Source: Prochlorococcus sp. AG-402-C22 (GTDB lineage Bacteria; Cyanobacteriota; Cyanobacteriia; PCC-6307; Cyanobiaceae). From it: 64,000 bases of DNA. The position numbers and the translations under genes are program-made. The stretch's first letter is position 1; every line of letters starts with the position of its first letter. The notes below the pieces were generated by a model that ran no database searches, was not told the origin of the DNA, and saw only the letters and a program-made list of their open reading frames with translations. The stretch is taken from the NCBI GenBank assembly GCA_003279535.1, contig QCHO01000001.1, positions 26,375-90,374 on the forward strand, in the 5' to 3' direction. Positions 1-9,669 of the stretch are shown here, piece after piece.

Positions 1-1903
1 GATCCATTAATTTCCTTGCTTCTTCAATAGTTAATTTTTTTTGATCAATTGCTGATTCAGTATTAATTCTTATAGATTCAACCAAAGAAGCTGAACTGTA
101 ATCTAATAATTGTAAAATTTCAGATTTACTGTCCTCTTTAATAATATTTTTGACCTTATATGAATTATCTTGATTTATGTCTATGTGAACAACGTTTGTA
201 CTGCCAAATAAATTGTGCAAGTTTCCTAATGCTTCTTGATAGGCTCCAGTCATAAAAATTCCAATTAGATAATCTTTATCTTCCTCTGGCTTATGTAAAT
301 TTAGTAGTGATTTAATTTTTCCATCATCAATAAAATTATTTAGTTTTCCATCAGAATCACAAGTTAAATCTGCAAAGTTGCCTTTGCAGAACGGCTCCTC
401 TAAGTGCCTATGTATTGGTACTATTGGAAAAATCTGATTTATTGCCCAGCTATCGGGTATAGATTGAAAGATAGATAAATTTGCATAATAAGTTGATGCA
501 AGAGTTTCTGTAATTTCAGATAAATCAGGGTGATTGATTTCATCATTATTCAGGTTATTAGAAATTTCTTTTGCGCAAGCCCAAGTAATTTCTTCGGCAT
601 AAGCTCTTTCTGCCAAACTTAAAAATCCTAATCTAAAAGCGACTAAGCAATCTTCTTTAAACTTTTTTGCATCATTCCATAGTTCAATTATTTGAGATAA
701 ATTTATTTTTTTATTTTTAAGTTTTTTTAATTCATAGAAAGTTTCAAGTAAATTTGAAATTATTAATTGTTGATTTTTTTTATCTAAAATTTGTAGTTTG
801 GAACTGACATGGCTTGTTCCTAAGACATTAAAAATTAAAACTGAACAATGACTAATTATTGCTCTTCCACTTTCTGAGATTATGGTTGGATGCTTGATAT
901 TATTTAATTCACATGAATCCTTGATAGTTGCAATTACATCGTTAGCATAATTTTGAAGAGAATAATTAGTAGAGGTGTTGGAGGAGGTTTTAGTTCCATC
1001 AAAATCTATTCCTAATCCTCCCCCAACGTCGATATATTGCATTGGGGCTCCTAGTTTGCATAGTTCAACATATATTTGACTCGCTTCTTGTAATGCGTCT
1101 TTGATCACAGCAATATCGCTTATTTGACTGCCTATATGAAAATGGAGCAATTTCATTTCGTTGATAAGATTTGCTTCTTTTAGTTCTTTTATTGTCAACA
1201 TAATTTCTGGGATTGATAATCCAAATTTGGAATTATCTCCAATAGATTTACCCCACCTACCACTACTTTTACTTGATAACTTTGCTCTAATGCCTATCAA
1301 TGGAGTCGCGTTAAGTTCTTGAACTGCTTGTATAATTCTTTTTACCTCATCTCGTTGTTCAATAACTATTATTGGATTTTTGCCAAGTTTTCTGGCCAAA
1401 GTAGCAATCTCAATATATTTTTTATCTTTATATCCGTTGCATATTAATAATGAATTTTGGTTTTCAAGAAGTGCAAGGCCAATTAATAGTTCTGATTTAC
1501 TTCCTACTTCTAAACCAAAATTCCATTGGCTACCAAACTCTATTATCTTTTCTAGGACATTTTTCTGTTGATTACATTTGACAGGAAAAACGCCTTGATA
1601 AATGTTCTTATATTTATAGGTTTTTATTGCTTTTAAAAAAGATTCATGTAATACATTTAAGCGATCTTTCAAGATATCATTAAATCTTATGATTAATGGA
1701 GGATTGATTTCTCTACTCTTAAGCTCTTTGACTAGCTTAAAAAGATCAATCTTATTTTCAGATTTTATATCTTTAGTTACTGATATATTTCCTTTGGAAT
1801 TTATAGAAAAATATTTATCTCCCCATTTGTCTATGTTATAAGTCGAAATACTATCTTCAATAGTCCAAATATTCTTTAATTTTTTCGGCTCAAAATTGGT
1901 CAA
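1..1903 (-). CDS. speA: Biosynthetic arginine decarboxylase (3' end runs off window start)
   Basis: Manual minus-strand translation from TTG at 1903: MTNFEPKKLKNIWTIEDS..., GVFPVKCNQ (PLP lysine motif), HFHIGSQI, DVGGGLG, ADLTCDSDG. Absent from the ORF track because it has no stop in the window. Confidence 0.93.
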   Translation of the reverse strand, partial: MTNFEPKKLKNIWTIEDSISTYNIDKWGDKYFSINSKGNISVTKDIKSENKIDLFKLVKELKSREINPPLIIRFNDILKDRLNVLHESFLKAIKTYKYKNIYQGVFPVKCNQQKNVLEKIIEFGSQWNFGLEVGSKSELLIGLALLENQNSLLICNGYKDKKYIEIATLARKLGKNPIIVIEQRDEVKRIIQAVQELNATPLIGIRAKLSSKSSGRWGKSIGDNSKFGLSIPEIMLTIKELKEANLINEMKLLHFHIGSQISDIAVIKDALQEASQIYVELCKLGAPMQYIDVGGGLGIDFDGTKTSSNTSTNYSLQNYANDVIATIKDSCELNNIKHPTIISESGRAIISHCSVLIFNVLGTSHVSSKLQILDKKNQQLIISNLLETFYELKKLKNKKINLSQIIELWNDAKKFKEDCLVAFRLGFLSLAERAYAEEITWACAKEISNNLNNDEINHPDLSEITETLASTYYANLSIFQSIPDSWAINQIFPIVPIHRHLEEPFCKGNFADLTCDSDGKLNNFIDDGKIKSLLNLHKPEEDKDYLIGIFMTGAYQEALGNLHNLFGSTNVVHIDINQDNSYKVKNIIKEDSKSEILQLLDYSSASLVESIRINTESAIDQKKLTIEEARKLMD

Positions 1904-2025
1904 TTTATGTCTTAGTGATTAATAAATGTTTTTGAAAATAACTCAAAACAATATCTTTTATTTTAATGATTACTTGCCAAGTTACCACCTAAAAGTTGAA
2001 TATACATAGAGTGATTATTAACTAA

Positions 2026-2484
2026 ATGACCAAAGAGAGAACCTTTATTGCAATTAAACCAGATGGAGTTCAAAGAGGATATGTTTCTGAGATTATTGGC
2101 AGATTTGAAAAAAAAGGATTTAAATTGGTTGGATTAAAGCAATTAATTCCTTCAAAAGAACTTGCTCAAAATCATTATGGAGTACATAGAGAAAGACCCT
2201 TTTTTGGTGATTTAGTAGAATTTATTTCAAGTGGTCCTGTTGTAGTAATGGTTTGGGAAGGCGAAGGAGTTATTTTGAGTGCTAGAAAACTAATAGGTGC
2301 AACAAAACCTCTGGAAGCAGAGCCTGGAACAATTAGAGGTGATTTAGCTATTGATATTGGGAGGAATATTATTCATGGTTCTGATGGAGAAGATACAGCA
2401 AAATTTGAAATTGATCTATGGTTTAACAAAGAGGAATTATGTGAGTGGGAAACTTCTGATTCGAAATGGCGATCTGAAAATTAA
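2026..2484 (+). CDS. ndk: Nucleoside diphosphate kinase
   Basis: [15 protein letters not shown]; NIIHGSD catalytic His motif. Confidence 0.98.
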   Translation: MTKERTFIAIKPDGVQRGYVSEIIGRFEKKGFKLVGLKQLIPSKELAQNHYGVHRERPFFGDLVEFISSGPVVVMVWEGEGVILSARKLIGATKPLEAEPGTIRGDLAIDIGRNIIHGSDGEDTAKFEIDLWFNKEELCEWETSDSKWRSEN

Positions 2485-2487
2485 AAT

Positions 2488-3597
2488 TTAAATCGCAAAT
2501 CTATCTAAACTAAATTTTTCTAAAAAGCTTTTTTCTATTTCTTTGAGATTTCTATTTTGAACTATTTTCAAAAGAAGTTCACTTGTTATTGCAGAAAATA
2601 AAACTCCATTTCTGTAATGTCCTGTAGCTATGAAAAGATTTTCAATTTTTGATTTTCCAATTATTGGTTTTAGATCTGGTGTGCATGGTCTAAATCCCCA
2701 CCAATGTTCCATTTGTGGCCAATTAATAGCTTCTGGCAATAAGGAGCGAATGCCGTCTTGCAGTTGTTTTATTCCATTAGGAGTATTACCCTGATTAAAT
2801 TTTGAATCTTTTTCAACTGTCGCTCCAACTATAATAAGTCCATCATCACGGGGAACTAGATAAGTTTTTGGACCAAAAATAACTCTTTTCAAAAAATTTG
2901 TTGGACCTTGTATTGATAGCATTTGTCCCTTTACAGGAAAGACTGGAATCTTATTAAAAATTTTTTTACTCCAAGCACCGCTGCATATAATTGCTTTTTC
3001 GCAGTTAATTTTTTTAATTTCCCCAGTGGCACATAAAACGGTTGCACCCGTAATTTTGTTTTTTTCGAATGTCAAATCCTCTACTTCTGATCCCTCTTGA
3101 AATTCGACTCCATGCAAAGAGCATGCTCTCTCAAGAGCACGCATCAGTCTTCTTCGGTTATCTATTTGACCATCTTGTTCAAAAAGTAAACCATGTTTCC
3201 AAATAGTATTTATTCCATTAATTTCTGTTTGAAGATTTTTGTGATCTAGATATTTTCCATATTCATAAGTGGGAAACTCTTCAAGATCTTCTTTATTTTT
3301 AAAAGGAACTACTATGCCACATTTTTTTAAACCACATTTAATATTACTATCTTGTTCAATACTTTTTATCCACTTTGGAATTAAACTTTGACTTGCTTGG
3401 CCAAATTTTAGTAATTCATCTTCGAGCCCTTCGGCATGAGTAGCTAACATTCCTGCAGCAACAAATCCAGCTGATTCATTTCTGTTTTTGCTTAAAACTA
3501 AAACTTTGAAGTTATTTCTAGAAAATTCATATGCAATAGATAAACCTAAAAGGCCACCGCCAATAATTAATATTGAATTTTTTGTTTCTTGTGCCAT
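2488..3597 (-). CDS. thiO: Glycine oxidase ThiO (FAD-dependent)
   Basis: GGGLLG Rossmann motif, AAGML, PVKGQ, GFRPCTPD, GHYRNG. Confidence 0.88.
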   Translation of the reverse strand: MAQETKNSILIIGGGLLGLSIAYEFSRNNFKVLVLSKNRNESAGFVAAGMLATHAEGLEDELLKFGQASQSLIPKWIKSIEQDSNIKCGLKKCGIVVPFKNKEDLEEFPTYEYGKYLDHKNLQTEINGINTIWKHGLLFEQDGQIDNRRRLMRALERACSLHGVEFQEGSEVEDLTFEKNKITGATVLCATGEIKKINCEKAIICSGAWSKKIFNKIPVFPVKGQMLSIQGPTNFLKRVIFGPKTYLVPRDDGLIIVGATVEKDSKFNQGNTPNGIKQLQDGIRSLLPEAINWPQMEHWWGFRPCTPDLKPIIGKSKIENLFIATGHYRNGVLFSAITSELLLKIVQNRNLKEIEKSFLEKFSLDRFAI

Positions 3598-3676
3598 TTA
3601 ATAATTAATATTTTTATTTGTGTTTTGGTCCTCTTTTCCTTTATATCCAATAATATTAATAAAGAGACTTTTGATA

Positions 3677-5149
3677 ATGAAAAATTTGGAATCTTGGGAA
3701 GCTGTGATTGGTTTGGAAACTCATGTACAGCTTAATACGAAAAGTAAAATATTCACATCTGCGTCAACAGCTTTTGGTGATGCTCCTAATACGCATATAG
3801 ATCCTGTAGTTTGTGGGTTACCAGGAACTCTTCCAGTTTTGAATGAGACTGTTCTTGAATATGCTGTAAAAACTTCTTTAGCATTAAATTTAAATGTTGC
3901 AGAACATTGTAAATTTGATAGAAAACAATATTTTTATCCTGATTTGCCTAAAAATTATCAAATTTCACAATTTGATGAGCCATTAGCTGAAAATGGCTGG
4001 TTAGAGGTTGAAATAATTGAAAAGGACAAAGAACCTTATATCAAAAAAATTGGTATAGAAAGGCTACATATGGAAGAAGACGCCGGAAAATTAGTCCATT
4101 CAGGTAGTGACAGATTAGCTGGTTCTAAGTATTCTTTAGTTGATTACAATCGTGCTGGAATAGCACTTTGTGAGATTGTAAGTAAACCAGATATTAGATC
4201 AGGTAAAGAGGCATCTGAATATGCTTCAGAGATTAGAAGAACAGTTAGATATCTAGGAGTATCAGACGGAAATATGCAAGAGGGTTCATTGCGATGTGAT
4301 GTCAATATTTCAGTCAGAAAAGGACCTAATGCACCTTTTGGCACCAAAGTGGAAATAAAGAATATGAATTCATTTTCTGCAATTCATAAGGCTTGTGATT
4401 ATGAAATAGCCAGACAAATAGAAGTTTATGAAAATGGAGGAGAAATTTTCCAAGAAACAAGGTTATGGGACGAAGCTAAGCAATTAACAAAAAGTATGAG
4501 AATGAAAGAAGGCAGCAGTGACTATAGATATTTTCCTGATCCTGACTTAGGACCAATTGAAATTACAAAAGCCCAAAAAGAATTATGGTTAAAAGAACTC
4601 CCAGAATTACCTTCAAGGAAAAGAAATAAATACGTAAGTGAATTTGGGTTATCTGCATATGACGCAAGGGTAATTTCTGATGAAATTAACATGGCAAACT
4701 TTTTTGAAGAAACAGTAGCTAATGGTGCTGAGGCCAAATTAGCTTCAAATTGGGTAACAAGTGACATTGTGGGTTATTTAAAAGCAAATAAACTTAGTTT
4801 TAGTGACTTAAAACTTAGTCCTGAAAATCTTGCTGAAATGATTAGCATGATTTCAAATAACACTATTAGTGGAAAAATTGCAAAAGAAATTTTACCTGAA
4901 ATAATTCAAAAAAATATTTCTCCGAAAAAATTAGTTGAAGAAAAAGGGTTAGCTATGATATCTGATTCTTCAAGTATTTTACCAATAATTGATCAACTTA
5001 TAACTGAACATCCAGATGAGGTTCAAGCATTTAGAAATGGTAAAACTAAATTACTTGGTTTTTTTGTTGGTCAACTAATGAAAAGAACAAAAGGTAAAGC
5101 TGACCCTAAACTTGCAAATAAACTTCTTGCAGAAAAATTGAAAAGCTAA
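3677..5149 (+). CDS. gatB: Asp/Glu-tRNA amidotransferase subunit B
   Basis: VIGLETHVQL, YFYPDLPKNYQISQ, GSLRCDVN. Start moved to ATG 3677 (MKNLESWEAVIG). Confidence 0.97.
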   Translation: MKNLESWEAVIGLETHVQLNTKSKIFTSASTAFGDAPNTHIDPVVCGLPGTLPVLNETVLEYAVKTSLALNLNVAEHCKFDRKQYFYPDLPKNYQISQFDEPLAENGWLEVEIIEKDKEPYIKKIGIERLHMEEDAGKLVHSGSDRLAGSKYSLVDYNRAGIALCEIVSKPDIRSGKEASEYASEIRRTVRYLGVSDGNMQEGSLRCDVNISVRKGPNAPFGTKVEIKNMNSFSAIHKACDYEIARQIEVYENGGEIFQETRLWDEAKQLTKSMRMKEGSSDYRYFPDPDLGPIEITKAQKELWLKELPELPSRKRNKYVSEFGLSAYDARVISDEINMANFFEETVANGAEAKLASNWVTSDIVGYLKANKLSFSDLKLSPENLAEMISMISNNTISGKIAKEILPEIIQKNISPKKLVEEKGLAMISDSSSILPIIDQLITEHPDEVQAFRNGKTKLLGFFVGQLMKRTKGKADPKLANKLLAEKLKS

Positions 5150-5153
5150 ATCT

Positions 5154-5771
5154 TCAAAGAAGTTCTCTTATTGTCTTGATCCATTTATTTTGATCATCTG
5201 AATTATCTAAAATAATGTCTGAAAATTTTCTTTTTTCTTCAAAACTTAATTGAAGATTTATGGAGTCATAAGCTTCTTTTTCGCTAATTTTATCTCTTGT
5301 GATAAGTCTTTTTTTTTGTAGTTCTTTAGGACATTTAACTAACCATATTTCAGTGCAAATATCTTCAAATTTTGCTTCAAATAATAATGGAATAACCAAT
5401 ACTATAGTTTGATTATTTTTGTATTTACTGCATTCTTCTATCATTTTTTCTTTAATTAATGGGTGAAGTAGTTTCTCAATCCATTCTTTACTTGGAGAAT
5501 GTTTAAAAATAATGTTCCTTAAAAGTTTTCTGTTTATTGTCCTTTCTGAATTGTTCTTATGATCAATAATTTTATTTCCAAAATAATCTAAAATTTTCTT
5601 ATATCCATATGTGTTTGGTTTGATTAATTCTCTTGATAAATTATCTGCATCCAATATTGGAATGTTTTTATATTTTCTAATGTAATTAGTTATGGTTGTC
5701 TTCCCACTAGCAATACCTCCTGTTAAACCAATTCTTCTTTGGTTGTTTTTTGATTTTTGAAGAATATCCAT
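5154..5771 (-). CDS. coaE: Dephospho-CoA kinase
   Basis: IGLTGGIASGKTT, ILDAD, LLHP, IPLLFE. Confidence 0.95.
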   Translation of the reverse strand: MDILQKSKNNQRRIGLTGGIASGKTTITNYIRKYKNIPILDADNLSRELIKPNTYGYKKILDYFGNKIIDHKNNSERTINRKLLRNIIFKHSPSKEWIEKLLHPLIKEKMIEECSKYKNNQTIVLVIPLLFEAKFEDICTEIWLVKCPKELQKKRLITRDKISEKEAYDSINLQLSFEEKRKFSDIILDNSDDQNKWIKTIRELL

Positions 5772-5846
5772 ATAATTAATAATAATCTAATTACCTGTTT
5801 CTTTAGCATTAAAGAGTAGTTAGTATGAATTAAAATACCAAAAAGT

Positions 5847-7085
5847 TTGAGCCAGTTAGATTCCAATTGGTCGTTTGTTGATGACAGTAAGTTAACACCC
5901 AAGGGGTTCCTTTTTGCTGGGATATCTGCTGGATTAAAAGCCTCTAATAAAAAAGATTTAGCACTAATAGTCGCTCCAGAAGGAAGTATTTTTAGTGGGA
6001 TGTTTACCCAATCAATAGTTCGCGCTTCTTGTGTAGATATTTGTGAGGAAAGGATTAAAAGAACTTCAGGTTTTGTACGAGCAATACTAATTAATTCTGG
6101 TCAAGCAAATGCATGTACAGGAAATCTTGGAATTCAACATTTTCAAATTGCTACAAGAAAGATCGCGGAACTTTTAGGAATAAAAGAAGAGGAAGTTTTA
6201 ATGTGCTCAACTGGTGTAATTGGTGTTCCAATAAAAATCAATGATTTAGTAAAAAATTTACCGAATTTAGTTAGTGATTTAAAGGGTAATAATTTTCAAA
6301 ATGCAGCAGAAGCAATTTTAACTACTGATTTGACTTTGAAAAAAGTTTTCATAGAGACGATTATTCAAGGTAGAAAAATAAAAATAGCAGGATTTGCAAA
6401 AGGTTCAGGAATGATTTACCCCAATATGGCTACAATGCTTGCTTTTCTTACCTGTGATGCGGGTGTTCAAAAAGAAGAATGGGACAAAATGATTGCTATT
6501 GCGGTTAAAAAATCATTTAATGCAATATCAGTCGATGGAGAGACAAGCACAAATGATTCTTTTGTTGGAATAAATGCAGGAGAGAAAATTGAAAAAAGGT
6601 TTTTTCCAATTATCCAAAAAGGGATTGATATTGTATGTCAAAACTTGGCAAAAAATATTGCAAGGGATGGAGAGGGAGCAAATTGTTTACTAGAAGTTTT
6701 GGTTCAAGGAGCAAAAAAGACTGATGATGCAATTATGATCGCGAAATCTATCTGTAATTCTTCCTTGGTAAAAACTGCGATACATGGTTGTGATCCGAAT
6801 TGGGGACGAATCATTTCTGCTGCAGGTAATTCTGGAGTTAAATTCAATTTAAATGACGTTGATTTGTTTATAGGTAATGCTCAGATTTTGGAAAAAGGCA
6901 AGTTAAATAAATATGATCCACAAAAAGTCACAGACTATATTAAGTCCAGAATGAATGGTAGATATTTAGTTGATGATATTGTAAAAATTATGATTAATCT
7001 AAATTCTGGCGAGTCGAGAGGCACAGCTTGGGGATGCGATCTTTCTAAAAAGTATGTTGAAATAAATAGTGAATATACTACTTAA
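5847..7085 (+). CDS. argJ: Bifunctional ornithine acetyltransferase/N-acetylglutamate synthase
   Basis: NSGQANACTG, STGVIG, KGSGMIYPNMATML, DGETSTND, INSEYTT. Confidence 0.97.
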   Translation: MSQLDSNWSFVDDSKLTPKGFLFAGISAGLKASNKKDLALIVAPEGSIFSGMFTQSIVRASCVDICEERIKRTSGFVRAILINSGQANACTGNLGIQHFQIATRKIAELLGIKEEEVLMCSTGVIGVPIKINDLVKNLPNLVSDLKGNNFQNAAEAILTTDLTLKKVFIETIIQGRKIKIAGFAKGSGMIYPNMATMLAFLTCDAGVQKEEWDKMIAIAVKKSFNAISVDGETSTNDSFVGINAGEKIEKRFFPIIQKGIDIVCQNLAKNIARDGEGANCLLEVLVQGAKKTDDAIMIAKSICNSSLVKTAIHGCDPNWGRIISAAGNSGVKFNLNDVDLFIGNAQILEKGKLNKYDPQKVTDYIKSRMNGRYLVDDIVKIMINLNSGESRGTAWGCDLSKKYVEINSEYTT

Positions 7086-7320
7086 GTTTTAGTAAATCTA
7101 TTGGTAGATATTCATTTATATAAAGAAATAGTATTGTTAAAGTTCCAATTACAGAACCTATAAAACCTCCGAAAAAATTAACTAATAATCCAGATTGTTT
7201 AATTATTGGTTCTTCGTTTTTTTCTTCTTCAAAATTAGGGGAATCAACTACTTTTAAGCGCTGATTGGTTGTTGGTTGTTTAAGTTGTTGATGTCGGATG
7301 AGTGCTTCGAAATCAGGCAT
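7078..7320 (-). CDS. Small protein with C-terminal transmembrane helix, putative partner of the upstream ParA
   Basis: ATG at 7320 (MPDFEALIRHQQ...), charged middle, hydrophobic C-terminus LLVNFFGGFIGSVIGTLTILFLYI; overlaps the ParA 3' end by 67 nt. Confidence 0.6.
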   Translation of the reverse strand: MPDFEALIRHQQLKQPTTNQRLKVVDSPNFEEEKNEEPIIKQSGLLVNFFGGFIGSVIGTLTILFLYINEYLPIDLLKLK

Positions 7321-7925
7321 GAAATTTGTGAGGCAATTGAACAATAAGCAGACCAGCCCGTCATTCGACGAGGATCTGATCTACCTAAATCGTCTACAGC
7401 TTCAAATACAGCATTTCCAGAGGCTTCTGCTTTATCAAATGCTGAAAGTAAGGGTATAAATGTATCAAAAACATGTAAACCAAAATTTTCTAGGGCTGCT
7501 TTGGCTTGTTGCGCTGCTTTTTGCTGTCTAAAATCAACTTTTACTATTACTACTGCATGGTTTACTTTTAAGTTTCTTAATAAATTAGCTAGTTCAACTG
7601 TTAATTCTACTGATCTTGCTTTTGCAGTGGTAGGTAAGATAACTAAATCTGAACCATAAGCTAAGTGTTTAAGTTCTTCTTGATCACTACTGGCTTGTCC
7701 GTCAGTTATAACGATTTCTGATGATCTTGATGCTTTAGCACCTGAACTGACTGGGAAAACTGGAAATGGAAGATTGCCTCTTGATGAGTATGCTAATGCA
7801 GATCTATTCTTGTCAGCATCGATTATGCAAACTTTTTTACCTTCAGAATGCCAAACACTAGCAAGGTGAATACTTGTGCAGGTCTTGGCGACCCCCCCTT
7901 TTTGTCCGCAAACTGTAATGAACAA
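7254..7925 (-). CDS. ParA/MinD-family ATPase (short, orphan)
   Basis: Deviant Walker A GQKGGVAKT, IIDADKNRS (Walker A'), DLVILP; 223 aa with no N-terminal HTH. Confidence 0.9.
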   Translation of the reverse strand: MFITVCGQKGGVAKTCTSIHLASVWHSEGKKVCIIDADKNRSALAYSSRGNLPFPVFPVSSGAKASRSSEIVITDGQASSDQEELKHLAYGSDLVILPTTAKARSVELTVELANLLRNLKVNHAVVIVKVDFRQQKAAQQAKAALENFGLHVFDTFIPLLSAFDKAEASGNAVFEAVDDLGRSDPRRMTGWSAYCSIASQISCLISKHSSDINNLNNQQPISA

Positions 7926-8080
7926 TTTTTTATGTTTATTTATTTATCTTACTTTGGAGAATAATTTCTTAATGTCAAGAGATATTGATTGTTAATGCTT
8001 TAAAACTTATTTTTTGAAATATTTTAAAGAGGTGAATATTTATATATAACCTTAATTAAGTGCTTTATTTAAATAGGCTA

Positions 8081-9043
8081 GTGAAGAAAAGAATTGGACT
8101 AGGTACTTGGTCTTGGGGGAATAAGCTTTTTTGGAATTACAAGTCTGTAAATGATGACGATTTACGCGAGACATTTAATGAAGCTTTGCAAAGAGGTTTT
8201 GATCTAATTGATACTGCAGATTCTTATGGTACTGGGAATCTTCAAGGTAGAAGTGAATCATTGATAGGCAAATTTTTACTAGATACTCCTTTTGCAAAAA
8301 AAAAAAGAATTCAAGTAGCGACCAAACTTGCACCTTATCCCTGGAGAATTGGTGAAAGAGGTTTTAATAAACCTTTTTTAAAAAGTTTAGAAAGGCTTAA
8401 TAATAAATTAGATATAGTGCAACTACATTGGTCTACTGCAAAATACAATCCTTGGCAGGAATTAGGGCTTTTGAACAATCTTTGCGATTTAAAAGATCAA
8501 GGTTTTGATTTTCAAATCGGTTTATCAAATATAGGTCCTAAAAGGTTGACGAAATTAATTAATTTCTTAGCAAAAAGAGATCATAGGCTAAAAAGCGTTC
8601 AGATACAGTTTTCTTTGCTTGCTCCAGATTTAACAAGACAATATCAGGTAAAAAAAATTTGCGAAGCAAATAATATTGATTTTTTTGCTTATAGTCCTTT
8701 GTCATTTGGCATACTTTGTATTGATCCAGATAAAGAAGAAAATAAAGAAAAAAGTTTTATTCGTAATGCTTTATTTGAAAAATATAAAAAACCAACATAT
8801 GAATTGCGGAGGTGCCTTAAAAGAATTGCGAATCAAAGATCAGTTTCCCAAGCGCAAGTTGCAATTAATTGGTGTTGTTATCAAGGAACTATTCCACTCG
8901 TTGGAATGAGAAAAAAATCTCAAGTTATAGATGTATCGAACGTATTCAAGTGGAATTTAAATAAAGATGAATTTAAATTACTTCAGGAAGTTTCTAAAAG
9001 TTGTTTAAAAAAAATGCCAAAAAATCCTTTTTCAAGTATTTAA
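8081..9043 (+). CDS. Aldo/keto reductase
   Basis: IGLGTWSWG, IDTADSYG, VATK, QLHW, IGLSN, AYSPL, AQVAINW. GTG 8081 taken as start (track starts 8060). Confidence 0.92.
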   Translation: MKKRIGLGTWSWGNKLFWNYKSVNDDDLRETFNEALQRGFDLIDTADSYGTGNLQGRSESLIGKFLLDTPFAKKKRIQVATKLAPYPWRIGERGFNKPFLKSLERLNNKLDIVQLHWSTAKYNPWQELGLLNNLCDLKDQGFDFQIGLSNIGPKRLTKLINFLAKRDHRLKSVQIQFSLLAPDLTRQYQVKKICEANNIDFFAYSPLSFGILCIDPDKEENKEKSFIRNALFEKYKKPTYELRRCLKRIANQRSVSQAQVAINWCCYQGTIPLVGMRKKSQVIDVSNVFKWNLNKDEFKLLQEVSKSCLKKMPKNPFSSI

Positions 9044-9186
9044 TTAAATTTTAAGGTAGATAACTTTTTATTTTTTATTTGACAACTATTATTCCATAGT
9101 TCAGAAGGAAATTTTTCACCGGTGAATCTTATAACTTTAGGTTCGAAATTTATTAACAAATCATTTAGGTTTTTATTAGGTTTCAT
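9040..9186 (-). CDS. Small hypothetical protein (48 aa)
   Basis: Manual translation MKPNKNLNDLLINFEPKVIRFTGEKFPSELWNNSCQIKNKKLSTLKFN*; 4-nt tail-to-tail overlap with the AKR gene; below ORF-track cutoff. Confidence 0.45.
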   Translation of the reverse strand: MKPNKNLNDLLINFEPKVIRFTGEKFPSELWNNSCQIKNKKLSTLKFN

Positions 9187-9340
9187 TTGAAAGGATAAGA
9201 GTTTTTAATAAGATAAATTAATTTAAAACTAATCTTCTCAGTATTTATACTTATAAAATTAGAAAAATCCTTTTTAATACAAGCAATTGAAGCAATATTT
9301 ACAAAATAATAAATTATCTAATACAACTTCTTAGTGATTT

Positions 9341-9368
9341 AAAAAAGTGGAGTCCTTCCAGACTCCGC
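9341..9368 (-). terminator. Intrinsic terminator of ssrA
   Basis: Minus strand GGAGTC-tggaag-GACTCC hairpin followed by ACTTTTTT. Confidence 0.8.
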
Positions 9369-9600
9369 GTATCATTTGGTTGATAAGGCTGATATGACCC
9401 CATCTCCTTTAAGGATCAAGCAGCAACTGGTGCTGTTTGACGGGAGAAACTAACGATTTTGTTAGCGTTTGTTTTTTTGCTCTAACCGAGCCGGCTTCAG
9501 TCACCTTCCTTATGCCCCGTCGAAACCATTGCAACCCCAATAAGTGGAGTTGAGCGGAGTCGAACCGCTGTCCGAAACATCGGTTGAGATCACCTAGTCC
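9347..9600 (-). ncRNA. ssrA: tmRNA, circularly permuted two-piece gene
   Basis: Minus strand: acceptor piece ...GACAGCGGTTCGACTCCGCTCAACTCCA (ends 9545), 6-nt spacer, then GGGGTTGCAATGGTTTCGAC (starts 9538); tag ORF 9466-9416 encodes ANKIVSFSRQTAPVAA*. Outer ends approximate. Confidence 0.96.
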
Positions 9601-9669
9601 AATTGGACATTTATATTCTGACAGGCAAAATGAGTATTGAATAGTTTTTTTATTAAGTTTTTATCGTAT

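Noticed and set aside
3620-3676. N-terminal extension of gatB in the ORF track
   Set aside because: GatB homology begins at MKNLESWEAVIG; the extension covers the divergent promoter region.
7892-7903. A5-G7 homopolymer run in the ParA Walker A codons as a phase-variation or frameshift site
   Set aside because: Explained by Gln-Lys-Gly-Gly-Val codons; the frame is intact and the run is short.
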